This document shows, in pieces, positions 51,095 to 62,269 of a DNA stretch of 64,000 bases. The notes beneath the pieces were generated by a model, which saw nothing but the letters and a program-made list of their open reading frames with translations, made no database searches and was not told the origin of the DNA. Source of the DNA: Bacteroidia bacterium (GTDB lineage Bacteria > Bacteroidota > Bacteroidia > Bacteroidales > GWA2-32-17); contig JACREQ010000069.1 in NCBI GenBank assembly GCA_016218155.1, positions 95,311 through 159,310 of the forward strand, written 5' to 3'. The position numbers and the translations under genes were made by a program. How positions within the stretch are numbered: position 1 is the first letter of the stretch; each line of letters starts with the position of its first letter.

Positions 51095-51964
51095 CTATTT
51101 TTTCAATTTATTCAAACAATCTTCAAGGCTATCTCTCCAATAAGGAATCTCTATATTAAAAGTATTTTGAATTTTGTTTTTATTTAAAACACTATATGCA
51201 GGACGTTTTGCAGGTGTCGGATAATCCTTGGTTTCGATAGGATTCACTTTACATTTATATCCTGAAAATTTCATTATTTCGACAGCAAAATCATACCAGC
51301 TGCAAACACCATTATTTGCATAATTATAAATACCAGATTTAAAAGTATCAGATTTTTCTTCAGCATTAACAATTATTTGCAAAATTGCTTTTGCAAGATC
51401 TCTAGCATATGTAGGACTTCCAACCTGATCATAAACAACATTCAATTCTTCTCTGTCATTTCCAAGCTTAAGCATTGTTTTAACAAAATTATTTCCATAA
51501 GAAGAATATAGCCAGGATGTTCTTATTATAATACTATTATTATATCTCAAAGCTTCAGTTTCGCCTTTTAACTTTGTTAATCCGTATGCTGATTTTGGAT
51601 TTGTCGGGGCAGTTTCACTGTAAGGAATATTTGCAGTACCATCAAAAACATAATCAGTTGAAATTTGAATTAGTTTTGAATTAAAATGTGTTGCAAATTT
51701 TATAAGATTTGAAACTGCAGTAATATTAATTTTTTCGGCAAGTTTTATTTCACTCTCAGCCTTATCAACTGCAGTATAAGCAGCACAGTTAATAATATAC
51801 TTTACACTATTATTATTAAAGAATTTTTTGAGCAATGTTAAATCTGTAATATCTAGCTCAGTAACATCAGTAAAAATAAAGCTTAAAGAATTAAATTCAT
51901 TACTTAATTCTCTGATTTCGCTACCTAATTGTCCGTTAGCGCCGGTTACAAGTATTTTTGACAT
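51095..51964 (-). CDS. rfbD: dTDP-4-dehydrorhamnose reductase
   Basis: GANGQLG, NCAAYTAVDKAE, STDYVFDG, YGLTK, DQVGSPT, TPAKRP. Confidence 0.95.
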   Translation of the reverse strand: MSKILVTGANGQLGSEIRELSNEFNSLSFIFTDVTELDITDLTLLKKFFNNNSVKYIINCAAYTAVDKAESEIKLAEKINITAVSNLIKFATHFNSKLIQISTDYVFDGTANIPYSETAPTNPKSAYGLTKLKGETEALRYNNSIIIRTSWLYSSYGNNFVKTMLKLGNDREELNVVYDQVGSPTYARDLAKAILQIIVNAEEKSDTFKSGIYNYANNGVCSWYDFAVEIMKFSGYKCKVNPIETKDYPTPAKRPAYSVLNKNKIQNTFNIEIPYWRDSLEDCLNKLKK

Positions 51965-51966
51965 AA

Positions 51967-52521
51967 TTAAAAACTAAAGTTTTTTTCTGCGTCATTAAAT
52001 AAAGGTTGAACGATATCTTTATCTGAAATAACTCTTTTATTTTCTTCTATTTTCCAATCAATTCCTAAAAATTGATCATTAAAATTAATTCCTCTTTCTG
52101 CTTCTTTGTTATATAAGCTGTCACATTTATAAATAAAAATTGCAGTTTCTGATAATACTGAAAATCCATGTGCAAAACCGCGTGGAATAAGTAGCTGTAA
52201 TTTGTTTTCACAACTTAATTCCTGTCCAAACCATTTTCCGAAAGTTGGACTACCTTTCCTTAAATCAACCGCCACATCCAATACACAACCTTGTAAAACT
52301 CTTACAAGTTTTGCCTGAGCATATGGTTCTAATTGATAATGCAACCCTCGAATAACACCAAATGTAGATTTGGATTCATTATCCTGAATAAAATTGTAAT
52401 TCAAACCATTATCAGCAAAGGTTTTTTCGTTAAATGATTCAAAGAAATAACCACGTTGATCTGAGAAAACTTTAGGTTCAATTACTACCAATCCGGGAAT
52501 AAATGTCTTAATAATTTTCAT
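51967..52521 (-). CDS. rfbC: dTDP-4-dehydrorhamnose 3,5-epimerase
   Basis: DQRGYFFE, QDNES.S..GVIRGLHYQ, GFAHGF. Confidence 0.96.
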   Translation of the reverse strand: MKIIKTFIPGLVVIEPKVFSDQRGYFFESFNEKTFADNGLNYNFIQDNESKSTFGVIRGLHYQLEPYAQAKLVRVLQGCVLDVAVDLRKGSPTFGKWFGQELSCENKLQLLIPRGFAHGFSVLSETAIFIYKCDSLYNKEAERGINFNDQFLGIDWKIEENKRVISDKDIVQPLFNDAEKNFSF

Positions 52522-52524
52522 TTA

Positions 52525-53406
52525 TTATGAAATAATTTGTTTCTCATTTGCTATTTGAAATAAATATTCACCATATTGGTTTTTCTTATATATCTCAGCA
52601 ATTGCGAGTAATTGCTCTTTGTTAATAAATCCTTCTCGAAATGCAATTTCTTCGATACACGCAACCTTTAATCCCTGACGTTCTTCAATTGTAGCAATGA
52701 AATTTGAGGCCTGTAACAAACTTTCGTGAGTTCCGGTATCTAACCATGCCATTCCACGACTTAAAAGTTTTACTCCTAAGCGGTTTTCTTCCAAATATAG
52801 TCTGTTTAAATCTGTAATTTCTAATTCGCCACGTTTAGATGGTTTTAGGTTTTTAGCTTTTTCAACTACATCATTTGAGTAATAGTAAAGACCGGTAACA
52901 GCATAATTAGATTTTGCTTCTTTAGGTTTTTCTTCAAGACTAATTACTTTTCCATTATCATCAAATTCAGCAACACCATATCTTTCAGGATCTTTTACGT
53001 AATACCCGAAAACTATTGCTCCATCTTTTAGTTGAGCAGCTTCTTTTAAAACTTTTCTGAATCCATATCCATAAAAGATATTATCTCCTAACACCATGCA
53101 TACACTATCTTTTCCAATAAATTTTTCTCCAATAATAAATGCCTGAGCTAAGCCATCTGGTGAAGGTTGTTCTTCATAAACAATTTGCAAACCAAGATGA
53201 GAACCATCACCAAATAAATCTTTATAAAGGTGAATATCTTTTGGGGTAGAAATTATAAGAATCTCGCGAATACCCGACATCATAAGCACAGATAAAGGAT
53301 AATATATCATTGGCTTATCATATATAGGAATAATCTGCTTAGAGATTGTTTGAGTAATAGGGTATAATCTAGTGCCCGAGCCACCTGCTAAAATGATGCC
53401 TTTCAT
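52525..53406 (-). CDS. rfbA: Glucose-1-phosphate thymidylyltransferase
   Basis: [39 protein letters not shown]. Confidence 0.97.
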   Translation of the reverse strand: MKGIILAGGSGTRLYPITQTISKQIIPIYDKPMIYYPLSVLMMSGIREILIISTPKDIHLYKDLFGDGSHLGLQIVYEEQPSPDGLAQAFIIGEKFIGKDSVCMVLGDNIFYGYGFRKVLKEAAQLKDGAIVFGYYVKDPERYGVAEFDDNGKVISLEEKPKEAKSNYAVTGLYYYSNDVVEKAKNLKPSKRGELEITDLNRLYLEENRLGVKLLSRGMAWLDTGTHESLLQASNFIATIEERQGLKVACIEEIAFREGFINKEQLLAIAEIYKKNQYGEYLFQIANEKQIIS

Positions 53407-53409
53407 TAT

Positions 53410-54351
53410 TTAAAGTTTTAAAGAGTTTTTGAAATAATTTATAGTTTGTTTTAACCCTTCATCTAAAGGAATTTTTGGTTCCCAACCGTTTAGTTCTTTT
53501 TTTGCTAAAGTAATATCTGGTTGACGTTGAGTAGGGTCATCCTCAGGAAGAGGCATATATATAATTTTTGATTTGGAATTTGTTAAATCAATAACTTTTT
53601 GTGCAAGTTCAAGTATTGTGAATTCACCAGGATTACCAATATTTACTGGTCCTGTAAACTCTTTAGGTGTTGCCATCATTCTGATCATACCTTCTACAAG
53701 ATCTGATACATATTGGAAACTACGTGTTTGAGAGCCTTCACCAAAAACAGTAATATCTTTATTATTTAATGCCTGAACAATAAAATTTGAAACTACACGA
53801 CCATCATTTGGATGCATGCGTGGACCATAAGTATTAAAAATTCTGATAATTTTTATGCTTACATTATTTTGTTTGTTATAATTCACAAAAAGTGATTCGG
53901 CACAACGCTTTCCTTCATCGTAACAAGAGCGAATTCCAATAGGATTAACATTACCCCAGTATGATTCGGGTTGTGGGTGAATATCAGGATCACCATAAAC
54001 TTCAGAAGTAGAAGCCTGCAAAATTTTAGCCTGAGTTCTTTTAGCAAGACCAAGCATATTAATTGCACCCATTACAGAAGTTTTAATAGTTTTTATTGAA
54101 TTAAACTGGTAGTGAATAGGAGAGGCGGGACATGCAAGATTGTAAATTTCATCAACTTCAAGAAAAATAGGCATTGTAACATCGTGCCTAATTAACTCAA
54201 AAAATGGATTTCCTAACAAATGAGCAATGTTTTCTTTTGAACCGGTAAAATAGTTATCGAGACAAATTACTTCGTTTCCTTCATTTAATAATCTTTCGCA
54301 TAGGTGAGAGCCAACAAATCCTGCTCCACCGGTTACCAATATTTTTTTCAT
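53410..54351 (-). CDS. uxs: UDP-glucuronate decarboxylase (UDP-xylose synthase)
   Basis: [47 protein letters not shown]. Confidence 0.9.
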   Translation of the reverse strand: MKKILVTGGAGFVGSHLCERLLNEGNEVICLDNYFTGSKENIAHLLGNPFFELIRHDVTMPIFLEVDEIYNLACPASPIHYQFNSIKTIKTSVMGAINMLGLAKRTQAKILQASTSEVYGDPDIHPQPESYWGNVNPIGIRSCYDEGKRCAESLFVNYNKQNNVSIKIIRIFNTYGPRMHPNDGRVVSNFIVQALNNKDITVFGEGSQTRSFQYVSDLVEGMIRMMATPKEFTGPVNIGNPGEFTILELAQKVIDLTNSKSKIIYMPLPEDDPTQRQPDITLAKKELNGWEPKIPLDEGLKQTINYFKNSLKL

Positions 54352-54360
54352 TCAATAAAT

Positions 54361-55692
54361 TTATTTAGCAATAATAGGTTCTCTTCCGATTGAATAATAT
54401 GTCCAATTCCATTCCTTCATTTCTTTTGGTTCATAAATATTTCTACCATCAAAAATTACTTTATTCTTCAACACTTTTTCCATCACTTTAAAATTTGGAG
54501 AACGGAATTCTGACCATTCTGTAACAAGCATTAAAGCATCGGCATCAATTAATGCATCGTAAGGATCTTTTGCATATTTAATTGTATCACCAATTTTTCT
54601 ATGAGTTTCTTCCATTGAAACAGGATCGTAAGCAACCACTTTTGCACCTGCTGCTAACAAATGTTCAATAATGACTAACGCTGGAGCTTCGCGCATATCA
54701 TCAGTATTCGGTTTAAATGAAAGTCCCCATATTGCAATGGTTTTATTTTTTAAATCACCTTTAAAATGCGACAATGCTTTTTTAAACAAAACTTCTTTCT
54801 GGCGATCATTAACATCTTCAACAGCCTTTAAAATAACCAATGAGTGTTTATTTTCATCAGAAGTTTTAATTAAGGCTTTAACATCTTTTGGAAAACACGA
54901 ACCACCATAACCTGCACCAGGATAAATAAATTTATTTCCAATTCTGCTATCACTTCCAATTCCTTTTCTTACCATGTTTACATCTGCTCCAACAATTTCG
55001 CAAAGGTTTGCGATATCATTCATAAAGCTAATTTTTGTTGCAAGCATTGAGTTTGCAGCATATTTTGTCATTTCAGCAGAAGGAATATCCATAAAGTAAA
55101 TAGGATGGTTATTCAAAAGAAATGGCTTATATAGACGTGTCATTATTTTTTCTGCCTCTTCACTTTCAATTCCAATAACAATTCTGTCTGGCTTTAAAAA
55201 ATCGTCAACAGCATCACCTTCTTTTAAAAACTCTGGATTTGAAGCTACATCGAAAGGAATTTTAACACCTCTTTTATCAAGTTCTTCCTGAATCGCAGCC
55301 TTTACTTTTACAGCTGTTCCAATAGGAACAGTACTTTTGGTAACAACAACCAGATAATTCTCCATATGCTGTCCTATTTCACGGGCAACCGATATAACAT
55401 ATTGCAAATCTGCACTTCCATCTTCATCAGGAGGAGTTCCAACTGCAGAAAATACTACTTCAACATCTTTTAATGAATCTTTTAAACTAGTACTAAAACT
55501 TAATCTTCCTTTTTCAACATTTCTGGCAACCATTTCTTCAAGACCTGGTTCCCAAATAGGAATAATGCCGTTATTAAGTTTATTAATCTTCTCAACGTCA
55601 ATGTCAACGCATGTAACATCAATACCAGTTTCGGCAAAACATGTTCCTGTTACCAAACCAACATAACCGGTTCCAACTACTGAAATCTTCAT
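54361..55692 (-). CDS. ugd: UDP-glucose 6-dehydrogenase
   Basis: GTGYVGL, SNPEFLKEG, KYAAN, GYGGSCFPKD, FKPNTDDMRE, DGRN. Confidence 0.95.
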   Translation of the reverse strand: MKISVVGTGYVGLVTGTCFAETGIDVTCVDIDVEKINKLNNGIIPIWEPGLEEMVARNVEKGRLSFSTSLKDSLKDVEVVFSAVGTPPDEDGSADLQYVISVAREIGQHMENYLVVVTKSTVPIGTAVKVKAAIQEELDKRGVKIPFDVASNPEFLKEGDAVDDFLKPDRIVIGIESEEAEKIMTRLYKPFLLNNHPIYFMDIPSAEMTKYAANSMLATKISFMNDIANLCEIVGADVNMVRKGIGSDSRIGNKFIYPGAGYGGSCFPKDVKALIKTSDENKHSLVILKAVEDVNDRQKEVLFKKALSHFKGDLKNKTIAIWGLSFKPNTDDMREAPALVIIEHLLAAGAKVVAYDPVSMEETHRKIGDTIKYAKDPYDALIDADALMLVTEWSEFRSPNFKVMEKVLKNKVIFDGRNIYEPKEMKEWNWTYYSIGREPIIAK

Positions 55693-55942
55693 TTTTATTA
55701 GTATTTGTTATTTTTTATTAATTTTTGACTAAAAAAACATTAAAGTACATGAATCATAAAAGATTTTCTTCCAACTTTCGTTTATATTTGCAAAAGTAAA
55801 TTTTTTATTTGAAAAATGTAAATCATGTAATATTTTGTTAATCAGTATAATTATCTTTGTTTTTATTTTTTTTTCAACATTGCAAAGATAACGTTTAGTG
55901 TTTAATTTTAATATGAGTATTGACATTGGTTATAACTTAAGG

Positions 55943-55950
55943 TAAATTTG
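55943..55950 (+). promoter_or_regulatory. -7 promoter box for rpoD
   Basis: TAAATTTG 22 bp before ATG. Confidence 0.55.
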
Positions 55951-55972
55951 CATAAAATATCGGACTGAATAT

Positions 55973-56833
55973 ATGAGACAATTAAAAATCACAAAATCAA
56001 TTACTAATCGTGAGAGTGCATCGCTAGATAAATACTTGCAAGAGATTGGTAAAGAGCAGTTAATAACTGTTGAAGAAGAAGTAGATTTAGCGCAAAGAAT
56101 TAGAAAAGGGGATAGATCAGCTTTAGAAAAGTTAACCAGAGCAAATTTAAGATTTGTTGTTTCAGTTGCCAAACAATATCAGAATCAAGGGTTAAGCCTT
56201 CCAGATTTAATTAACGAAGGAAATTTAGGATTAATAAAAGCTGCTGAAAAATTTGATGAAACACGCGGTTTCAAATTTATTTCATACGCTGTTTGGTGGA
56301 TTCGTCAATCAATTTTACAAGCTTTGGCTGAACAATCAAGAATTGTTCGTTTACCATTAAATCAGGTTGGTTCATTAAATAAAATTAATAAAGCTCTTTC
56401 AAAATTTGAACAGGATTTTGAGCGTACTCCAACTCCAGACGAATTAGCAACAGTACTTGAAGTACCAAAAGAAAAAGTTATTGATACTTTAAGAGTTTCT
56501 GGTCGTCATATTTCAATGGATGCACCATTTGTTGAAGGTGAAGACAATAGTCTTATTGATGTTATCGAAAATAAAGATTCCCCAGTTGCAGATAGTAAAT
56601 TAATGGGAGAATCATTAAGTCGTGAAATTGAAAGAGCATTAGCTACTTTAACTGAACGTGAAAGAGATATTATCAGATTTTTCTTTGGAATTTCCTGTCA
56701 GGAAATGACTCTTGAAGAAATAGGTGAGAAATTTGCTCTTACCCGCGAAAGAGTTCGCCAGATTAAAGAAAAAGCTATACGTCGTTTACGTCATTCAAGT
56801 AGAAGTAAACTTTTAAAACAATATTTAGGTTAA
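55973..56833 (+). CDS. rpoD: Primary sigma-70 factor, Bacteroidota short form lacking region 1.1
   Basis: [61 protein letters not shown]. Confidence 0.95.
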   Translation: MRQLKITKSITNRESASLDKYLQEIGKEQLITVEEEVDLAQRIRKGDRSALEKLTRANLRFVVSVAKQYQNQGLSLPDLINEGNLGLIKAAEKFDETRGFKFISYAVWWIRQSILQALAEQSRIVRLPLNQVGSLNKINKALSKFEQDFERTPTPDELATVLEVPKEKVIDTLRVSGRHISMDAPFVEGEDNSLIDVIENKDSPVADSKLMGESLSREIERALATLTERERDIIRFFFGISCQEMTLEEIGEKFALTRERVRQIKEKAIRRLRHSSRSKLLKQYLG

Positions 56834-56848
56834 TTCTAAAATTCACAT

Positions 56849-56885
56849 AAAAAAAGTGCAATCAAATCTGGTTGCACTTTTTTTT
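56849..56885. terminator. Bidirectional intrinsic terminator
   Basis: AAAAAAAGTGCAATC...GGTTGCACTTTTTTTT between convergent genes. Confidence 0.85.
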
Positions 56886-56900
56886 ATTGGATAAATAGAT

Positions 56901-59900
56901 TTATCGACAAATAGTAATAGGAGTTGTTTTTGTGTTATTGCTACTAATAATTGTTAGCAAATACATTCCATCTGAAAGGCAACTTAAATCTAATGTATTA
57001 AAACTGGTATTTGTTTTAGTAGTAAATAATAGTCTTCCAGAAATATCATTTACATTAATAATTGTATCATTAAGGCTTAAATTTTTAATTGAAATAATTC
57101 CCTGAGATGGATTAGGAAAAATTAAAATGTTTTCTAATTCATTTTCTGTAATTGAATTAACAGATACAGTTATTGATTGAATTAATGTATCATTTCCGCA
57201 ATTGTTATGAGCAATTAAAGTAACCTGATATGTTCCGTTGGCAGCATAATTATAATTAGGCTCAAACTGAGTAGAAATTCCACCATCACCAAAATACCAT
57301 ATATATGAAGTAGCACCCACAGAAAGATTAGTAAATGTAACATTTAAATCAGTAGAGCTAAATGTAAAATTGCTAAATGGGAGAGGATTAATACTTACAG
57401 TCACATTATCAGTATTGGTACATGTATTAGAATTAGTAACGGTAACAGTGTACGTTGTTGTAGTTGTTGGGCTAACCGAAACTGTAGCTGTACTACCAGC
57501 TCCATTATCCCATAAATATGACGTACCGCCAGTTGCCGTTAAACTAGCAGTCTGTCCTTCGCAAATTGTTTGATTTATACCAGCATCAGCAACAGGTAAG
57601 CTATTTACTGTTATTGATACCGATGAGTTTGCATTTGTTGAGCCATCATTAACAGTTACATAATAAGTAGTATTTACATTTGGTGTTACAGTTGGATTTG
57701 CAATAGTTGAATTAAAACCTACAGGAATTGAAGACCATTGATATGTATATGATCCTGATCCTCCTGAAGCTCCTGCCTGTAGTTGTGTGCTTGCTCCAAT
57801 ACAAATTGAAGGTTGATTTGCTGTAGAAGAACAACTAAGAGTACCACCAGTTACAGTTATAATAACATTGTCTGTTCCTGTGCAAGTTGAATTCTGGTCT
57901 GTCACAGTTAATGTGAACTGTGTTGTAGTATTTAATGCAATAGTCGTAGGATTTGCAACATTAGCATTTACCAGTTGAGAAGAAGGTTCCCAATGATAAG
58001 AATATAAACCGCTGCCACCACTTGCCGAACCTGTTAATGTTGCTGTTGCGCCAGTTGTAATTGACTGATCTGTTCCTGCATTGGTTGTTGGATTCTGGTT
58101 AACTGTTACTATAACATTATCTATTGAAGTGCAAAGCTGAGCATTTGTAACAGTTACTGTGTATGTTGTTGTAGTTGTAGGAGCTACAGTAATTCCAGCA
58201 CTATTACCACCTTGAGACCAAGAATAAGTACCACCACCTGTAGCATTTATAGTTGCTGAACCTCCGTTGCAAATTGCCTGATCGGTTCCAGCATTTGCAG
58301 TTGGTACAGGTAATATAGTTGCTGTAACAGAAGTTCTTCCACTAGTACATGATGTGATTGGCTGAACTTCCCAATCATAATAGAAATAATAAGCTGTCAA
58401 TCCTGCACTGCTATTTGTTATAGAAACCAATCCTGCAATTTCATAAGGATAACTTACACCTGTATTATTTCTGAATAAATTAATTGCTGATGTTGAAGAT
58501 AATCCAAGTTGATAATTAGTTCCAACAGGGATGTCGAAATTTAATGTAATTCTATTTGTTCCCACAGGAATATTTACTGTTGCAGAATTAATTACAGTTC
58601 CTGAACTATTTCTTAACTCAACAGTTCTGTTTCCTGCAATTGTAGTTCTTACCTGAACTGACACCAATCTGACTGGAACATTAACATCAAAAATCTGATA
58701 CCTTCCGGCAGTATTATGGGTTAATGCAGAGGTTATAGCAGGACTTGGAACATATTGAGATGTACCAAATGAAGTAGAACTGCTTTCAACATAATATGTA
58801 GTAGTAGAACTAAGGATAGGAGTGTGGTAACTTGTTCCAGTAAAAACCAAACTTCCTCCGGATGCAGCATCATACCAGTTTAAAGTACCACTTCCAGCAG
58901 CATCTAATATTAAAGAATTTGGACCACAAATCTGAGCTGAAGTTGTTGTTGGTGCAGTTGGTAATGAAATAGTAATATAGTTTGTTTTAATTTCAGAATC
59001 ATTTCCTGCACAACTTGAAACAGCAAGTGTTACTGTATAAGTTCCACTTGTTGAATAAGAGTGGGTTGGATTTTGTAATGTAGAAGTTTGTCCATCCCCG
59101 AAATTCCAAAGAAAAGTAGATCCTGCAGCTGCTCCAGAAATATCTGTAAATTGAACAGAAGCATTACAACCAGTAGTATGATCAGCAGTAAAGTTTGCCA
59201 CTGGAGCAATCGGAACTAATTGTATGTTTCTGATAACTGTTGCTTTGTTTGCAACAGTAACTCCGGTTATTGTCTGAGAAACATAACCTGGAGCGGAATA
59301 TGTAATAGAATAGGTTCCGGCAAGTATAGGTCTGTGATAATTTCCTACTGGTAATGAACTATATACATGCGAACTATCAACATCATGAGTATTAACAAAA
59401 ACTTTTGCTTTAATAGGCAAACCTGAACATGCATCGGTAATAATACCTCTAACACCGTACAAAGAATGTTCTAAATAATTTAAAAATGAACGGTAATTGT
59501 AATTCCAATAATTAGGAAGTGTACTTGCTGCTACAAGTTTTGTAGATGATAATTCTAATGTTACTTCTCTAGTATGTTTAAAATAATTCATATAATCTTG
59601 CCTGCCACCAGTAATTACATACCAATCGCCACCTTCAGTATATCCACTTGTAACTACATCAGAAAAATAACTGGCAGTTCCATATAGTTTAGCAGTATCG
59701 GCATATTCTTTTGAAACATATCTCCACCAGTTATCATCTGCATGCGTACGTTGTGAGGATGTCCAGGTATCCCATGGAAAATTTACAACTTCTGCACCAC
59801 CATGAGTATTTGCAGCCATAACAAAATCATGAGCATCTGCAAATGCCATCCATGCGATGTTTTCTGGTTGCCAAGCATTACCATCAGGATGTTGTCCAGC

Positions 59901-60653
59901 CCTCGGGTCAGGATAGTTACGATTTAAGTCTATATTGTTAGCATTATTTCTTCTTGCTCCAGTAATATTATTATCTCCGGCATAATATGTTCCATCAGGA
60001 TTTGAAAATGGGCATATCCAAAGTTCAATATTATTTACAATATTAGTAGCTCTGGCATTAGTTCCATAATTTGATAATAAATAGTTAGCTAATCTTAAAA
60101 ATATTATAGAACCAGTAACTTCATCACCATGCATTGCTCCTGTATAAAATACTTCAGGTTCATCTTCATTAGCATTTGGATTATCAGTAATTTTAAGTGC
60201 TAATAATCTTCTTCCACTTGCTAGTGTAGCAATTGTATCAAGATGGCAGAGATTTGGATATGTAGTGGCAAATGTATTCATCATTGTTTCATACTCTGTA
60301 TATGTTGGATAAGTATCAAACTGCCAAATCCCCTTTGACTGATCCCACATTTCAACAATTGCATCACCGGGGTGTGGTAAAACCTGATATGAAATATTTT
60401 TAGCTAAAAATCTGTTAAACTCAATTTTGTTAGCATAAGCCCACACTTCACCATTTTTAACGTTATCAATAGAAATGATATTTGTCAGAGTTATTAGTTC
60501 TGAAGGATTTTTTATTTGAAAATGAAAATAAACTTCACCTTTTTTATCTAAATATTTTTTGGCCTGATTAAATTCAGAATCACTTTGGGCAAAGCCTGTA
60601 TTTATGGCAAATACAAAAGCAAACAGTACTAAAAAAGAGTAAAAATTTTTCAT
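56901..60653 (-). CDS. M14 zinc carboxypeptidase (CPG70-like) with PKD/Ig-like repeats and T9SS CTD
   Basis: MHGDE, NPDG, DLNRN, THGGAEVVNFPWD, GGRQDY; WNFGDG PKD; IFPNPS CTD. Confidence 0.9.
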   Translation of the reverse strand: MKNFYSFLVLFAFVFAINTGFAQSDSEFNQAKKYLDKKGEVYFHFQIKNPSELITLTNIISIDNVKNGEVWAYANKIEFNRFLAKNISYQVLPHPGDAIVEMWDQSKGIWQFDTYPTYTEYETMMNTFATTYPNLCHLDTIATLASGRRLLALKITDNPNANEDEPEVFYTGAMHGDEVTGSIIFLRLANYLLSNYGTNARATNIVNNIELWICPFSNPDGTYYAGDNNITGARRNNANNIDLNRNYPDPRAGQHPDGNAWQPENIAWMAFADAHDFVMAANTHGGAEVVNFPWDTWTSSQRTHADDNWWRYVSKEYADTAKLYGTASYFSDVVTSGYTEGGDWYVITGGRQDYMNYFKHTREVTLELSSTKLVAASTLPNYWNYNYRSFLNYLEHSLYGVRGIITDACSGLPIKAKVFVNTHDVDSSHVYSSLPVGNYHRPILAGTYSITYSAPGYVSQTITGVTVANKATVIRNIQLVPIAPVANFTADHTTGCNASVQFTDISGAAAGSTFLWNFGDGQTSTLQNPTHSYSTSGTYTVTLAVSSCAGNDSEIKTNYITISLPTAPTTTSAQICGPNSLILDAAGSGTLNWYDAASGGSLVFTGTSYHTPILSSTTTYYVESSSTSFGTSQYVPSPAITSALTHNTAGRYQIFDVNVPVRLVSVQVRTTIAGNRTVELRNSSGTVINSATVNIPVGTNRITLNFDIPVGTNYQLGLSSTSAINLFRNNTGVSYPYEIAGLVSITNSSAGLTAYYFYYDWEVQPITSCTSGRTSVTATILPVPTANAGTDQAICNGGSATINATGGGTYSWSQGGNSAGITVAPTTTTTYTVTVTNAQLCTSIDNVIVTVNQNPTTNAGTDQSITTGATATLTGSASGGSGLYSYHWEPSSQLVNANVANPTTIALNTTTQFTLTVTDQNSTCTGTDNVIITVTGGTLSCSSTANQPSICIGASTQLQAGASGGSGSYTYQWSSIPVGFNSTIANPTVTPNVNTTYYVTVNDGSTNANSSVSITVNSLPVADAGINQTICEGQTASLTATGGTSYLWDNGAGSTATVSVSPTTTTTYTVTVTNSNTCTNTDNVTVSINPLPFSNFTFSSTDLNVTFTNLSVGATSYIWYFGDGGISTQFEPNYNYAANGTYQVTLIAHNNCGNDTLIQSITVSVNSITENELENILIFPNPSQGIISIKNLSLNDTIINVNDISGRLLFTTKTNTSFNTLDLSCLSDGMYLLTIISSNNTKTTPITICR

Positions 60654-60911
60654 ATTATAGTATTATTTTAATATTCAGTTTTTATGAAAACAAGTTAAGA
60701 ATTTTTTAAATTGAATATCCACCTAAATCGATAAAATTCTAATAAAAGACTATTAATTTAAAACTAAGGTTGCAATTTTTTTATTCAAAAAACGTAAAAC
60801 TTTGTTTCATTTGACATTCAATCATTAATTTGTCATAAAATCAAAAACAATACTTTAATTTTAGAAGTAAATTTTATTAATTTTGAATTCTTAAACTCTA
60901 AAATCAAAAAA

Positions 60912-61871
60912 ATGAAAAAGATTACATTTTATCTATCACTAATATTTTCATTAATTAACTTAAACCTATTACAGGCAAACCCGGATACATTAATTGCAAA
61001 TATTACAACTGCTCAGGGGCATGATACTATTTTAGCATATGCTGGTAATCCTAATTTTGTTATATTAGATGTTAGAACTCCGGGTGAATACGTTACTCAT
61101 ATTGAGGGTGCTGTAAATATTGATTATAATAATGCAAATTTTTCTACAATACTTGACAGTCTTAATAAAGGTAAAGTTTATTTAATTCATTGTGCAAGCG
61201 GAAGTAGAAGTGCACTGGCAAAAGCAGTTATGCAAACTAAACATTTTAGAACTGTTTATAATATGTTGGGTGGAATAAGCGGATGGAATACTGCCGGATA
61301 TCCTACTACAACTTTTGTGGCTCCAGAATTTAGTCTTTTAACTGATAGCGTATATATTTTTAATGATACACCAGTGGGGCATCTTGACTCGGTATTAATA
61401 ACAGTTACAAATTCTAAAAACTCTGTTTTACAGTTTTCGTCATCTACTAATATCTCTGGAAGTGAATATAGTTCTCAATTACAAAACACACATCCTTTAT
61501 TAGGAGCACGTGATTTTAGCTTTTATATTTATTATTTACCGGCAAATACAGATAATGATAGTATTGCTTATACAATCGAAAGCAGTGCAGGAAATAAAAA
61601 TGTATATATTTATGGTAAATATAATCAAACCGGAATAAACACTAATAACCTGAATAACTTTAAAGTATTTGCAAATAAATCAAATAATTCTCTAGTAATT
61701 TTTTCTGATAAATCTTTATATAACGAAGAAGTTCAGATTTTCGATTTATTTGGAAGACTGTTATATTCAAATAAAATATCAGGAAACCATGTTATTGTTA
61801 AATTTAATAATGAACAAAGTGGTTTATTATTAATAAAAATAAGTTCAAAAACAGAAAAGATTTTCTGGTAA
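60912..61871 (+). CDS. Secreted rhodanese-domain protein with Ig-like domain and degenerate T9SS CTD
   Basis: LDVRTPGEY..HIEGA, HCASGSRS, YNMLGGISGW; IFDLFGRLL. Confidence 0.8.
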   Translation: MKKITFYLSLIFSLINLNLLQANPDTLIANITTAQGHDTILAYAGNPNFVILDVRTPGEYVTHIEGAVNIDYNNANFSTILDSLNKGKVYLIHCASGSRSALAKAVMQTKHFRTVYNMLGGISGWNTAGYPTTTFVAPEFSLLTDSVYIFNDTPVGHLDSVLITVTNSKNSVLQFSSSTNISGSEYSSQLQNTHPLLGARDFSFYIYYLPANTDNDSIAYTIESSAGNKNVYIYGKYNQTGINTNNLNNFKVFANKSNNSLVIFSDKSLYNEEVQIFDLFGRLLYSNKISGNHVIVKFNNEQSGLLLIKISSKTEKIFW

Positions 61872-61892
61872 TAAATTACAGAACAAAAAACA

Positions 61893-61913
61893 TTTAACTC
61901 CTCTGGAGTTAAA
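61893..61913 (+). terminator. Hairpin after rhodanese gene
   Basis: TTTAACTCC-tct-GGAGTTAAA. Confidence 0.5.
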
Positions 61914-62105
61914 AATCCCTTTTTATTTCTTTTTATAAACATTAAAATTCTACGGATTTTTTGAAATAAAATACTTTTTCTAGTGCAAGTGTCCTCGCTT
62001 GAACTTATTAAATCTTCTTTTTGCGCAAACTTCCTTGCTTTATACTATTTCCCTAAAACTGTTTATATTTTTTTGTATTATAAAACTAGCTTATACAATT
62101 TATTA

Positions 62106-62113
62106 TATCTTTG
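62106..62113 (+). promoter_or_regulatory. -7 promoter box upstream of tnaA leader
   Basis: TATCTTTG. Confidence 0.55.
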
Positions 62114-62269
62114 CCTTTATAATTTTTATTAGAAATGAATTATTCAATTCTTTCAATATTAGCAAGCCGTATTTACCTTAACATTAAGGACAGAGATAAC
62201 TAATATCTTAGGCTTTTTATACAATTTCTATTTTTATCAATTTTATTAATCTTTTTAAATTTATTTCAT

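Noticed and set aside
53410..54351. rfbB
   Set aside because: Motifs LACPASP and YDEGKR are those of UDP-glucuronate decarboxylase
55973..56833. Truncated rpoD pseudogene
   Set aside because: Absence of region 1.1 is normal for the Bacteroidota primary sigma factor
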